Positions 25,886 to 37,042 of a stretch of 64,000 nt of DNA are shown here, one piece after another. Made by a program: the position numbers and the translations under genes. The DNA comes from Azolla caroliniana. Its lineage: Eukaryota > Plantae > Polypodiophyta. Under the pieces are notes generated by a model. That model was not told where the DNA came from and made no database searches. It was given only the letters and a program-made list of their open reading frames with translations. The stretch covers positions 1,488,001 to 1,552,000 of the forward strand of contig JBHGNT010000017.1 of assembly GCA_043228905.1 (NCBI GenBank). The letters are read 5' to 3'. Each line of letters begins with the position of its first letter. Positions within the stretch are counted from its first letter, which is position 1.

Positions 25886-26699
25886 TCCTCAAAAGACATT
25901 GATCATCACCATCAATTTTATTCCTTGTATTCTGTGCATCCATCCCTTACATAGTTTTGGAAAGACAGTTCATTACGAGGATTGCCTAAATCTTTATATA
26001 TCCTATAATGCAATAAGACAATGGAAAAGGGATCCCCATTCGATTGCTGTAGTGTATCCTATAACAAGAAAGCATTCATCTTTCAACCTTTGTACCATAT
26101 AATCAAAAAGGTATATATATGGTAACTCACCAATCATGCAATTTGTTCAGTTTGACCCTTGAGATTAGAGGGTTTCAAAGAACACAAAATGGGATATAAA
26201 GAACACGTGCAGAAATGTCATTTATGCGAAAATAATTTTGCTTAAGGCATTACAAATTTGAGATGGAAGAAATATGGGAATCTATAATAGCATTTTGTAT
26301 TGGACGTGTCTTAATATGGACAAAAGAGGTGACTAGTGATAAGAGAAGGATAAGTAGTAATAATGGGGAAATGGAGCCATTTTTGTTAGGAATTTCAGTT
26401 AGAAAATGAATGGAATTGGACAACCTCTTTTAGCAATTCCTCCAAGATTGTGCATCATTATTTTGTCCTTTTGGTGGTGTTCCTAGGGTTTTAATGATAT
26501 GCCTAGGAGATAATGTGGTCTCCATGTTAATATAAATGGAATTTTTTTTATTCTTGTGGGATTATTAAAACACCCATTTTGTCCTACTGTTTTGACTCTT
26601 TCCATGTTATCCTAAGCTCCTGGGAGTCGGGACCCCTTTAAGAAACTTTATAAAGAGTAGCTTATATACCTAAAGATTTGGTCCTTTTACTGAAATTCA

Positions 26700-27106
26700 A
26701 GATGAATTTCTAAAGTTTCAATTTACACCTATGAGATGGCTTTGACATCAAGTAATTATGGAATTTCCTCATGACACAACAAAACATTATGATGCCATAT
26801 TACTTACTTCTTTGCATGCTAACTTTATAGGTGATTACAACATTGTAAAACCATTAGAATGGTTTTAATTATGTAGCATGTGAGAAAGGATTGCCCACAC
26901 ACGTAAGCTTAGATGTGCTCTCTATCAATTGGAATGATGTAAATTGGTTTAGAGTTCATCATGTTATGCATGAACAAATACTATTAGGCAACATTTTTGG
27001 GAGCCTTCCAAATCTTGAAAGCTAGCTCGTGGAGAAATCGATCAGCCGAATTGTAAGATTTCTACCATTTGGTTGGAAGCAAATGAAGAAAAAACAAAAT
27101 ATGTTA
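26700..27106 (-). pseudogene. Duplicated, decayed last exon and 3' UTR of the AT5G11810-like gene
   Basis: gagccttccaaatcttgaaagctagctcgtggagaaatcgatcagccgaa matches 45390-45445 (ADRFLHE.AFK.WKAPK). The adjacent sequence is collinear with 45072-45500. Confidence 0.8.
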
Positions 27107-27583
27107 CACATTTCTAATGTGACGATACCATATTTATGATAGAATTTGTTGTATTATAGAATATCACATAAAGTTTTATAAAGTGATATTTCATGACCAC
27201 AAGATATAAACATCAAATGAGGGCCTAAAACCCCTTGTGTACTACAATAGAACCATACTATAGGTATGGTCTCTACAATCATAACTTATAGGCAAACTAA
27301 CCCCAACAAGAAAATATGGAAATTTTCACATTTTAAAATGTATTTTAAAGGAACGACCATGATGCACAAGCTCCTGTCATTAATAAACAAGAGAAGCAAT
27401 GCATGTTTGTTAATTATGCCACAAAATCCTTAATAATGAAAAAAAAATGGAGACTTGACGTGATGAGGAGGTAGCGATGGACCAAATCCCCCATGATACT
27501 TGAGAGAGAAGTCAACATCCAAACATTGAATGATCTAGTAACTATAGTCCCTAGGAAATATTTTTGTCTTGAGTATCTCCCAT

Positions 27584-29533
27584 TGTAACACCACCAAAAA
27601 TTTTGTGATAAGGGTGGATCGTCGATCAGTTCAGACTCACGTGTCGACGCTCCTCGTCTACGGGAATCAATGACTATGAGAGAGAATTTGGATCCACTGA
27701 CCCCCCACCCAACCACCCTCTGTCCAACTTAAATAGAAGATCCCTCTTCAGTCTCTCGTAAGTCCCCCCCATATAGTACATGAGTACCCTATATTCATTA
27801 TAATGGTATTGAATACAAGTCTCTAGGGAGATTCCATTTATCATTAGATTATTGAATGGACTAGGGAGATTCCATTCCCCCACGTAGGTACTTGAGTACA
27901 TTAGGTTATTGAATGCACTAGGAGATTCCATTCCCCCACATAGGTACTTGATTACATTAGGTTCTTGAATGCACTAGGAAGATTTCATTCCCCACATAGG
28001 TACTTGAGTACCTTGGGTTATTGAATGCACTAGAGATTCCATTCCCTGTGTGCACCTTGGCAATGGTACACATGCCACAAGCACATGACTCAAACCTTGA
28101 GTCATGGGTGTCTTCTTCATCCATCGAGAAGACTTAGAAGCCCACGACTCACACCTCGAGTCATGGGTGCCTTTTCTATTCGTCGAGAAAGGCCCTCACC
28201 TCAATCCATCGAGGTGGTGTGTTGTGGTTCCAATCACGGAACCCTCAACACATCGGATGTGTTACAATTCCCCCATTTGAAGAAGGTGTCCCCCTTTTGT
28301 TTTAAAGGGGTGAAGGGAATTATATGCATTAACCATATCTTAAAATTGCCAAAAGGTTGCACCTTGTTGCCATGAATTCTCTTCTGTGGGTTTTCCTTTC
28401 CATTGGCAATGGTAAAGCCTATTAGGCCCATTTTGGTTTGATCAATCCCGATGATGAAGGATGGCCTCCAAGACGAAGTCACTACCTTTGTCAATCACCA
28501 AAGCGGGACCCCTTCGAACCATTTCCTCATGGTTTTCATCCAAGTAGCTCCTCTTGAGCAAGGAAATGTGGAACACCGAATGCACACCCATGTGCTCCGG
28601 TAGCTTGACTTTGTAAGTCAAGGGAGATAGTTTCTCGATGATAGGAAAGGGAACATCATACCGCCGAGCAAGCTTTGGAGTGATACCCTTTGGAAGAATA
28701 AATTGTTCGCTATCTAAGTTGATGAACACCAAGTCTCCCACTTCGTATTCTTCATGCCTACATTTGAGGTCGGCATATTTCTTGTACCTAGCTTGAGCCT
28801 TCTCCGTAGCTTCCTTAGCGTGGTTGAGGCAAGTGGACCACCTATCCATTGCGATATTAACACTTGGAACAATGCTAACTAATGGTAACGTCGTAAGGTC
28901 TCCAGGAGACAAAGGTTGGAACCCATAATTGAGTTTGAAAGGACTAAATCTCGTGGAATTTTGCTTGTGGAGGTATTGGGACCAATCCTTTTGGTCCAAC
29001 CTCACATAATGACGAAGATAATCCTCCAAGATTTGATTAGTCCTCTCCGTTTGGCCATCTGTCTGTGGGTGATAGGAACTACTAAACTTGAGATTCGTGC
29101 CCATCAAAGCGAAAAGTATGAACCAAAATTTACTGGTGAAGTGGCTGTCACGATCACTAATTATCTCTCTCGGGAGCCCATGGTATTTGAACACATTCGC
29201 AAAGAAAAGTTTCGCCAGATACTCAACATTCATGGGGCTTTCATAAGCCACAAAGTGAGCATACTTCGTAAGTCGATCCACGACGATGAAGTTACCCATG
29301 TAGTTTTGGCTTTCCGGCAATCTTATGATGAAGTCAATGCTAAGGGATTGCCATGGTTGGTTCAGGATGCTTAACGGTTGAAGCAATCCCACGGGCTTAC
29401 ATCCTTCGGTGTTGTCTTGTTGGCACACTTGGCATCCTCTCACATAGGCTTGAACTTCTCTTTTCCATGTGTGACCAAAAGTACCTACAAGTCAACATTT
29501 CCATGGTTTTATCCCCACTAGGGTGTTCAGCCT
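27584..29533 (-). mobile_element. Ty3/gypsy 3' part: integrase plus 3' LTR
   Basis: Integrase ORF 28442-29443 (IISDRD..FTSKFW, HPQTDGQTER, VHSVFHISLLK) with the zinc-binding part up to about 29533. PPT (GGGGGAA on minus) at about 28268-28274. LTR 27584-28266 with TGTAACAC..GTGTTACA ends and internal ~54-bp repeats. Confidence 0.85.
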
Positions 29534-29534
29534 A

Positions 29535-30115
29535 CATTGTATCGAGTTCATGTCGAAAAAACACAGTTTTGAACACGAACTCGATATCGTGTTGAAAAGC
29601 TAACTTTTTGACATGAACTCGATACAATGTATCGAGTTCATGTTTAAGGTTTTATTTTAGATTTATTTTTTTTAATAATTACATTTTATTTTATTTTGGT
29701 ATTTTGTTTTTCTTTTTAAATATTGAGATTTAGTAAGTGATGAAAAAACCAGAGTTTTTATCACAGGTCGATACAATGTATCGAATTGATGTTTAAAATT
29801 ATTATTTTTCCATAAAAAATTAAAAAAATTGAAAAAAATTGAAAAAAATTTGAAAAAATTACTTTAAACATGAACTCGATACATTGTATCGAATTGTAAT
29901 GAAAAATCTAGTTTTTCTATGAACGCAAACTCAATTTATTATTATTATTATTATTTAAATCCGGTAAACAAAACTTTGAGCAACAATTCAATACATCGTA
30001 TGGAATTATGATGAAAACTCTATTTTTTACATCAACTCGATACAATATATCGAGTTAATGTTTAAAAATCTTGTTGTTTTTTAAATAAAAGAGGTTTTTT
30101 TAACATGAACTTGAA
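29535..30115. repeat. Left array of palindromic AACTCGATAC-n3-GTATCGAGTT repeats
   Basis: Units at about 29535, 29578, 29616, 29767, 29873 and 30034 in an AT-rich background. Confidence 0.85.
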
Positions 30116-30134
30116 TCGTACTAAAATCTTTGTT

Positions 30135-30762
30135 TTTACAAGAGAAAAAGATGCATATCGATAGTGCAAAGAAGTATGTTGCACAACAAAATACTTTATG
30201 GTGAACATGTGCATCATTGATTAACAAAAAACTATTAATAATTGTGGTGATGGTAATTGAACCTTGCAAATGCCATTTACATGGTCCATAAAGTGTTCAC
30301 GTGGTTCTCAATCACTACTTAATGTTGATCTTTATAGTTAAAATGAAGGATGATGACACAAGCATAATTCAAGTGACAAGGAAACTTGCAAGAACTCAAG
30401 GTGGGGATATTAATAGCTACACATGTAGATGGCCATGACCTAGGGTACCAATTTTGCATTGGTAAAGTTTTGGACGTGATGATGCATTGAACCTTTGTAA
30501 TACATCTATCATTGACATTAATGAGGTGGATATCATTGTGTATGACTTTACACTGACAAAAGTTGGATGTTTAAGGACAACAACGATATACATAATAAAA
30601 GAGATATTAGCAAGTCTAGAAGATATCTCAGATTGAAGGTGAAGAAGATTTACTGCACACAATTTGGATATACCATTTGGTGAAGATAATGATTTGATTG
30701 GTACATTGGAAGATGAGGAGGAAGAGTCACAATTGTATATTATCTATAGTAGTGATTCTCAA
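30135..30762 (+). pseudogene. Decayed paralogue of the C-terminal part of the transposase at 38990-39803
   Basis: gtggatatcattgtgtatgactttacactgacaaaag and gatgaggaggaagagtcacaattgtatattatctatagtagtgattctc align with 39556-39590 and 39750-39798, with internal deletions. Confidence 0.8.
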
Positions 30763-31789
30763 TTGGAAGGATTGCGCATTCCACTTGTAGAATCTTCTTA
30801 AAACGAAGCAAATACACCCTCTCTACAAAAATTGGATGCACTAGTATCACATGTTCCTCAACTTGATGAGAATTTGCAAATATAAAAATACATGATAGGT
30901 CTACGAGTGGAGATCATTAGAAATCATGCAAGTTTAGACGCGTTGATAAGTTAATGTAGGCATAATAAAGTTCAACAATGGCTCAATATGTCACTACTGT
31001 GCGACAAGGGAAACACTAACTTAAATACTTATATTAATTAGGTAAGTTTTACAAAAATAACAGGTGTACTTGTATCCATACTAATAAAATGAGTTATAAT
31101 TTATACTTTGACCTATACGTGCATGTATATAATTGTGGAAAATGTAGGATAGTGCACATTAGGATAAGTGATTGGAATAACTAACTTATTAAAGTATTCA
31201 ATACTTGTATTTAAAGTTGATCTAATCTATTCCTCAGTTTGTTCATATGGGATCAAACCATATGTATATAATTGTGGACAATGTAAGGCAGTGAACTTTA
31301 GGATAATGTCGTGGAAATAACAAACCTATTAGGCTTTCATACTTGTATTTAAAATTGATCTACTCTATTGCTTAGGTGATTCACACAAGATCAAACTCCG
31401 AACGATAACGCAACTGGAACCATTATCAACACACTACACAATCTAAGCAGCAATGGAATAGAAACATAATAGTTTTAACAATAGAAGACAAAGATCCATA
31501 ATAACAACATGGACAGTCATGGCAACAATTGTAGGGCCATGTTCTGTTAAGGTTAGCTTTGACCAAAATCAGCCTCAATTTAAACTAATTCATGTTTCTC
31601 CATAAATTTGGTAGTCAGTTATGCACGCGGTGAAACCAATGTCATAAATCTACTAACCAAGTATATAAAAATAAAATTGAAACATATAGAAGATTATAAA
31701 GAATAGAATCCACTAGGTAAAACCCAAAATTTGTATTAATAATGTGAAATCCTAACAAATCGTCAGTGTCATTTTCTTCATAGAGTCTA

Positions 31790-33810
31790 TTACATAGCAA
31801 TCAATTCATCAACGTCATTTTCTTCATCATCTTGTGTAGAACTCTCTTCGGCTATACGTGCATTGACTTCCCCTGTTAGCCGAGCCAACGAAATATCTTC
31901 TATAAGCTCATCATCAAGCTCTATTAGCTCCCCCGGTTCGCCGGCTAACGAAGGAATAGGCTCTCGCGAAGCAGGTTGAAACCTTTCTGTATTAGCGAGG
32001 TTCTTTGCACCGACCTCCTCATCCTGGTCTAGGCACTCCCACAAAGCCTTAATCCGCATATTAATAAATATAACCTGGTCCTCGTCCTTCTCCAATGCAA
32101 CTGTATTTCTAAAGAGCTTCAATGCACATGCAGACGTCGTTCCTGTGATGTAAGCAACCAGAAGATTTAGTTGTCAAACAAAAAAGATTCGGGATTGGTT
32201 ATCTCAAGATCGTTAACCTAGTTTCAGGAATACTTGTGCCAGAAAAGAGATCTAATATCCAGTCTCCTTCGATAGAAAACATCTCGATCAAGCGCATTTT
32301 TGATATGGGTTGACAAGTCCCCGTTCTGTCGTGGTGACATGTCGCAATTTCCGTGTCACTGCTGGATATACCAACAGATTTGAACCTCCCACTTCATTAG
32401 AATGCTCCTTGATTCTCTGTTTCTTAATTTCATCAAAGTAGCCAACCGTGATGTATTCAATGGCATTAACGAACTGAAAAGTTGGCCCTCTATTTACATT
32501 GGTCTTGATCCTATAAAAAATAATACATCGAGTTAAGAATAGATTGAACAACCTTAAGAAATGCAATATAGTGAAAGACACCTATAAATAATCATTACCA
32601 TGCAAGGTTCTCGATGCCATGGCAATGAGATCTCAAAGCTTGAGCTACCGAGTATCCTTGGTCCATACTATGAAAGACAACTATTCGCCACAAGGATGCA
32701 GTCGTTAGCTCAGCGAAATCCTTGACCATCTTCTCCAATTGTTTAAACCTAAACGGTTCATCGTCGTATGATGACCCAACCATTTGAAATTCGTAAGGAA
32801 TATCTGCAATCATTAGCGTATATTCCTTCTTTGGCACCTTTTGGATCAAGTCGACGACATCACCGCAAACCACATTGTAGTAAAGATCTCTCGTAATATC
32901 TTTTTTGTGGCTAAATTTTTTAAAGGAGCCATCTTCCTCCATTTCATATGCCTTGACTAAGCGACGATCCTTTTCTTTTCTGGCTCGCTCGAGATGTGCA
33001 AGGAAGGATGTAGGGAAATCGTGTATATCCTTAACTTCTCCTTGTTTCTTGCCTCGACACGGTTTCTAATAGAAGCAATAGGACATCAGGTATTATTATA
33101 CAAGCTCTACATATAATGAAAGGGTAATCAAAAACCATCAATACTAACCCAATCCTTGAATGCAATAAAATACTCTGATAACGCCTTATATGAAGACGTT
33201 AGAGGATAATCCTCGGTCACTTGTTCCCAAGTTATACATCCAAGTTGTTTCATCATAACTTCTTGGATTTTCATGTACACCTTATGACTGTAAAATTAGA
33301 AATCAAGATTAGAACTTTGAATTACACCATATAGACTACAATTTCAGTATTTGAAAGACTTACTTATTGAACTCAGTGACCATTTCTTCAAGGCTTAAAT
33401 CTTTCGCCACAACCCTTGACAAAATAGACACAAGAAGCTGCTCGTCCTTAATACCTTGCATCGCTCTCCACAGAGACAGCTTCATGTCGTCTGCGGCTTC
33501 TTCAATTGTCAAGTCAATTTTCTTGGCGGCTTGTGACTTTAACTCTAGTTGAGGGTCAACCTTACATTTCTTTTGTCGTTGACCCTTTACCTCCTTATTC
33601 TCCCACATTGAGAAGATTTGATCTTGTAGGTACCATACTTCTCCATCTCTAAATGCCAATTGAAACCAAGACTCATATTTTCGAAGACCATCGGACTTAA
33701 CATTATCATCTATGACAATGCCGACTTCATGCAGACATTGACGTCGTAGGCCTGGACGTAACTTCACACCAAACTTTTGTTTCACGTCCAAATACTCGTG
33801 GTGGAAGAAC
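31790..33810 (-). pseudogene. Intron-containing beta-class N6-adenine/N4-cytosine DNA methyltransferase gene, 5'-truncated, one frameshift
   Basis: Exons ~33810-33364, 33287-33149, 33065-32599, 32510-32234 and 32142-31790 are joined by GT..AG introns. Motifs in order: NVVCGDVVDLIQKVPKKEYTLMIADIPY, WIKTN..AIEYITVG, NPYQK, RLIEMFSIEGDWILDLFSGT-x-TTSACALKLFRNTVALEKDEDQ..RI. Confidence 0.85.
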
Positions 33811-33811
33811 C

Positions 33812-34410
33812 GTATACCGCGTATCGAGTTCGTGTTTAAAACCTAAACTTTAAACGGGAACTCGATATGCCGTATCGAGTTCCTGTTTAAAAAGCAAAGA
33901 AATCACAAGAACTCGATACGGCGTATCGAGTTCCCGTTTAAAGTTTAGGTTTTAAACACGAACTCGATACGCCGTATCGATTTCCCGTTTAAAGTCTGGC
34001 CCTGAAAGAGAAAAATTATGTTTTTTGGGGCAACAATTAATTATTGTGTGGAAAAGATATCAAATTGTCTGTCAAAATCAGTCTTTTTTATGTATCGAGT
34101 TCCCGTTTAAAGTTTAGGTTTTAAACGGGACCTCAATATGGCGTATCGAGTTCCTGTTTAAAAAGCAAAGGAAACACAGGAACTCAATACGGCGTATCGA
34201 GTTCCTGTTTAAAGTTTAGGTTTTAAACACGAACTCGATACGGCATATCGAGTTCCTATTTAAAGTGTATGTTTTAAACAGCAACTTGATACGTCGTATC
34301 GAGTTCCTGTTTAAAAAGCAAAAAAAAAATATGAACTCGATACGCCGTATCAAGTTCCTGTATCAAGTTTGTATTGTATAGAGGAACTCGATACGGCGTA
34401 TCGAGTTCTT
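33812..34410. repeat. Right array of palindromic AACTCGATAC-n3-GTATCGAGTT repeats, about 10 units
   Basis: Hairpin-like units at about 33860, 33909, 33961, 34130, 34180, 34231, 34283, 34333 and 34385, separated by tttaaa-containing spacers at about 50-bp period. Confidence 0.92.
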
Positions 34411-34465
34411 GAGCGACAAAACATATTTACAAAAATGTCCACTAGTGTCAGAGGCCTACCTGGAG

Positions 34466-36160
34466 CAGTGTTGGGCAAAGTCCCAGGAACAGTGTCAGCC
34501 TTCCTGTTGCATTGGGACTTTTGCCGGCCAAGGTGGGGGAATGCCGAAATTGATTCCGGCCAGGTTATCCTACCAACAGGAATCTAGCCGGTTGATATTT
34601 TTTCAACCGGCTAGTTATATAGTTTTAAAAAAATATAGGTATGTATATATAACAAAAATATAGTTTTAACTTTCCCCCTCTTTCCCCCTCTTTCCCCCTT
34701 TCTTCCCTCCTGAGAGTCAAGAGTCGAGACTCGAGACCTTACGTTTCTTGATCCCTGTTCGCTGCTCACAGTCGCTATTTGCTTATCCCTATTGTTGCTT
34801 CCCGTTCCCTGCTCCCTATACCTTGGTCTCTACTCTTTGATCGATACTCCTTGTTCCCTGGTCACTGCTCCCTACTTGTTCTTCCCTGTGCACAAACCAC
34901 CACTCTCAGGTATGGATTTTGCTCATTTTTCTTATGAGGTATGTATTTTGGCTTTCCTCTAGCTAAACAATGTCTTGTCTCTTGAGGTTGTGCTCATTAT
35001 TGTTGGAGATGAGCTATAATAAAACATTCAATTCTCTAATTCTTTCATAATTATATTGCATGTTGAGGTCTTTATGCATGGCTAATAAAAGCTCTATTTT
35101 TGTGCAAAAATGAAGAAATTAAATCCCCATTGTTGTATATATGGTAGTAGACTTCATAGGTTTTTTCATGTAAGAATAACAATCATATTGTTCCTTCTCT
35201 TCTTCTTCTTCTTCTAGCATTACATCAAGGCCTTCACAAGATTTGAACCTCCTATGTTGATGGTGAGGATGCTGCATTTTAGGTTTTTGTCTTGTGAAGT
35301 CATTATAAGGTTTCCATAGAGGTGAATTAGCCTCTCGATCAAAGCAAGATTCCAGATCATGGATCCTATTAAAACATAAAGACCTTTCTATATTTAGAGG
35401 CTTTCCTCCTTCTTGACCAAGACCAAGACCATGACCATCCCAATGACCATGACCATCATCAATATCATCATCATCATCATCTAATCCTTCCATTAGCTCC
35501 CATGCATTAATAGTTTCCAATTGATCTACACCATTATCAGCATGAATGCTATGTTGATCAGGGTGACCCATACCTTCTTGCTCTTCCTCTTGTTCTTCTT
35601 CAATGATCGGATTAAGCTCTATTCTGAATGATTTGAGGTTATTATAAATGTGGCCCAAATCATCCTTTTTGTCACTGAGCTTGAGAAAACCATAGCTTGA
35701 TCTAGAAGCAAGGGGAACGACATGATGCCTGTCTTTCACTCTGTTTCTCTCACTTTCTTCTTCTTTTTCTTCATCTTCTTCTTCAATATGATGATAATTT
35801 ATAGGTTCTGATACAGTTCTTGAAACAGGGGCATACCAGCTTTTATTCATAACATTACTAGAGTTAGTAGTAGTACTAGTACCATTAGTAATGGTTTTTT
35901 GTGGAAATTTTTTACTAGTACTATTAGAATTTTTTTTGGTAAATATATATCTTTAGTTTTTGGGTTCCAAAATTTTGTGATTGATTTGATTTGGTATTGC
36001 ATTAGATTTTTTTTGGTTATGCGGCCAAAAAAAATTTCAACATGTTCCGGTTGACATTGTCGTTGGTAGGAACATGGCCGGCCAAAATTTTAAAATTCCG
36101 GTTAGGTTCATGAGAAGCAGGAAAATTTCCGGTAGAGGCTACAAACTTTGCCCAACACTG
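34466..36160. mobile_element. Non-autonomous hAT element (1695 bp) carrying a captured gene fragment
   Basis: Perfect 16-bp TIRs: CAGTGTTGGGCAAAGT (34466-34481) and ACTTTGCCCAACACTG (36145-36160). 8-bp TSD ACCTGGAG at 34458-34465 and 36161-36168. CCGG-rich subterminal regions; no transposase. Confidence 0.92.
35119..35850 (-). pseudogene. Captured N-terminal fragment of a plant glutaredoxin-domain protein (At5g39865/At3g28850-like)
   Basis: 243-aa ORF containing ETINAWELMEGL and ending at ..TTIYTT, where the GRX domain would begin (V.YTTSL). Lies wholly within the hAT TIRs. Confidence 0.65.
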
Positions 36161-36164
36161 ACCT

Positions 36165-36340
36165 GGAGTCCTCGCGCTCGATTCTCTTTGAAGACATGGT
36201 TGATCGTGTGGCAGTGGAGGCAGAGATCGCGCTTTTGTGCTTCGTGCTCTGTGTGCTTTGTGTACTCTGTGTGCTCTGTACACTCTGTATGCTCTTGTGT
36301 GCTCTTGTGAGTGAAATATGACGAGGTCTTCCTATTTATA
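36165..36340 (-). promoter_or_regulatory. Candidate TATA box, leader and short first exon (MSSKRIEREDS..) of a gene divergent from the transposase
   Basis: TATAAATAGG on minus at 36331-36340; ATG at 36195-36197. With the hAT removed the junction reads CCAG/GTAGG, a donor-like site. Confidence 0.4.
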
Positions 36341-37042
36341 GGGATTGACCACATTGGTTAAAGTAACCATAGTCACCTTAACCAAGGTTGGTAAGTTTGA
36401 GGATAGTTAGTTGGTAACCATAGTCACATTTACTAGAGTAACTTATGATTGCATTAATGATTACAAAGTCAAACTAACATATTGATCAATCTTTTATAGT
36501 GATAACAACCTGCAATGACTTCAAAGGTCATGAAGGAGACAATGATAGAGGTTCATGAATATACCAATGATTGATTACTAAAAGCAACAATTTTTATGAC
36601 TCTCAAATGCTGTGTATTAAAGATGTGGGCATGAATTAACCAATGATTAATAAGTCTAATATTTAAAATGGTGAGCATTAAAGAACCAATGAGTGAGAGG
36701 TTCTATATCAAATATGGGTGCCATTAATTAGCCAATGATTTTAACATTAATCCAACATATTTATGGCTTGGTAATGATTAGATTTATATTATACTTGATT
36801 TAACTTCATATAGATGTAGTTTAAATAATAATTGATATTTTAAATACAATTACTATATTAAAAATAAAATTTTTATGTATTGTATTAATATAATATTACA
36901 TAATATAGACATTCTATTGATTTGGCTTTTGTTTAGAGAGAAGTTTATATTTAGAGAGGAGTGTATGTTTAGAGAGGAGCTTATTAGTTTTTTTCCTTAC
37001 CCTAAGCACATAACTTACAGAGCCCTATCTAGACCTTAAGCC

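Larger units (their letters stand above)
29535..34447. mobile_element. CACTA-like element remnant (right terminus ..CACTAGTG; left terminus missing) carrying transposase and methyltransferase fragments
   Basis: The same palindromic repeats occur at both ends. The right array ends in aaaatgtccactagtg, which reads CACTAGTGGACATTTT on the minus strand. No left CACTA terminus or TSD was found. Confidence 0.55.

Noticed and set aside
29515-29525. CACTAGGG as the left CACTA terminus
   Set aside because: It lies within the gypsy integrase frame (AEHPSGDKT on minus) and does not match the right terminus beyond CACTAG.
31790-33810. Bacterial contamination as the source of the methyltransferase
   Set aside because: The gene has four spliceosomal-type introns and is embedded among plant TEs and genes.
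33812-34410. Regularly spaced palindromic repeats resembling a CRISPR array
   Set aside because: The spacers are themselves repeated, there are no cas genes, and the context is eukaryotic. Transposon subterminal repeats explain it better.
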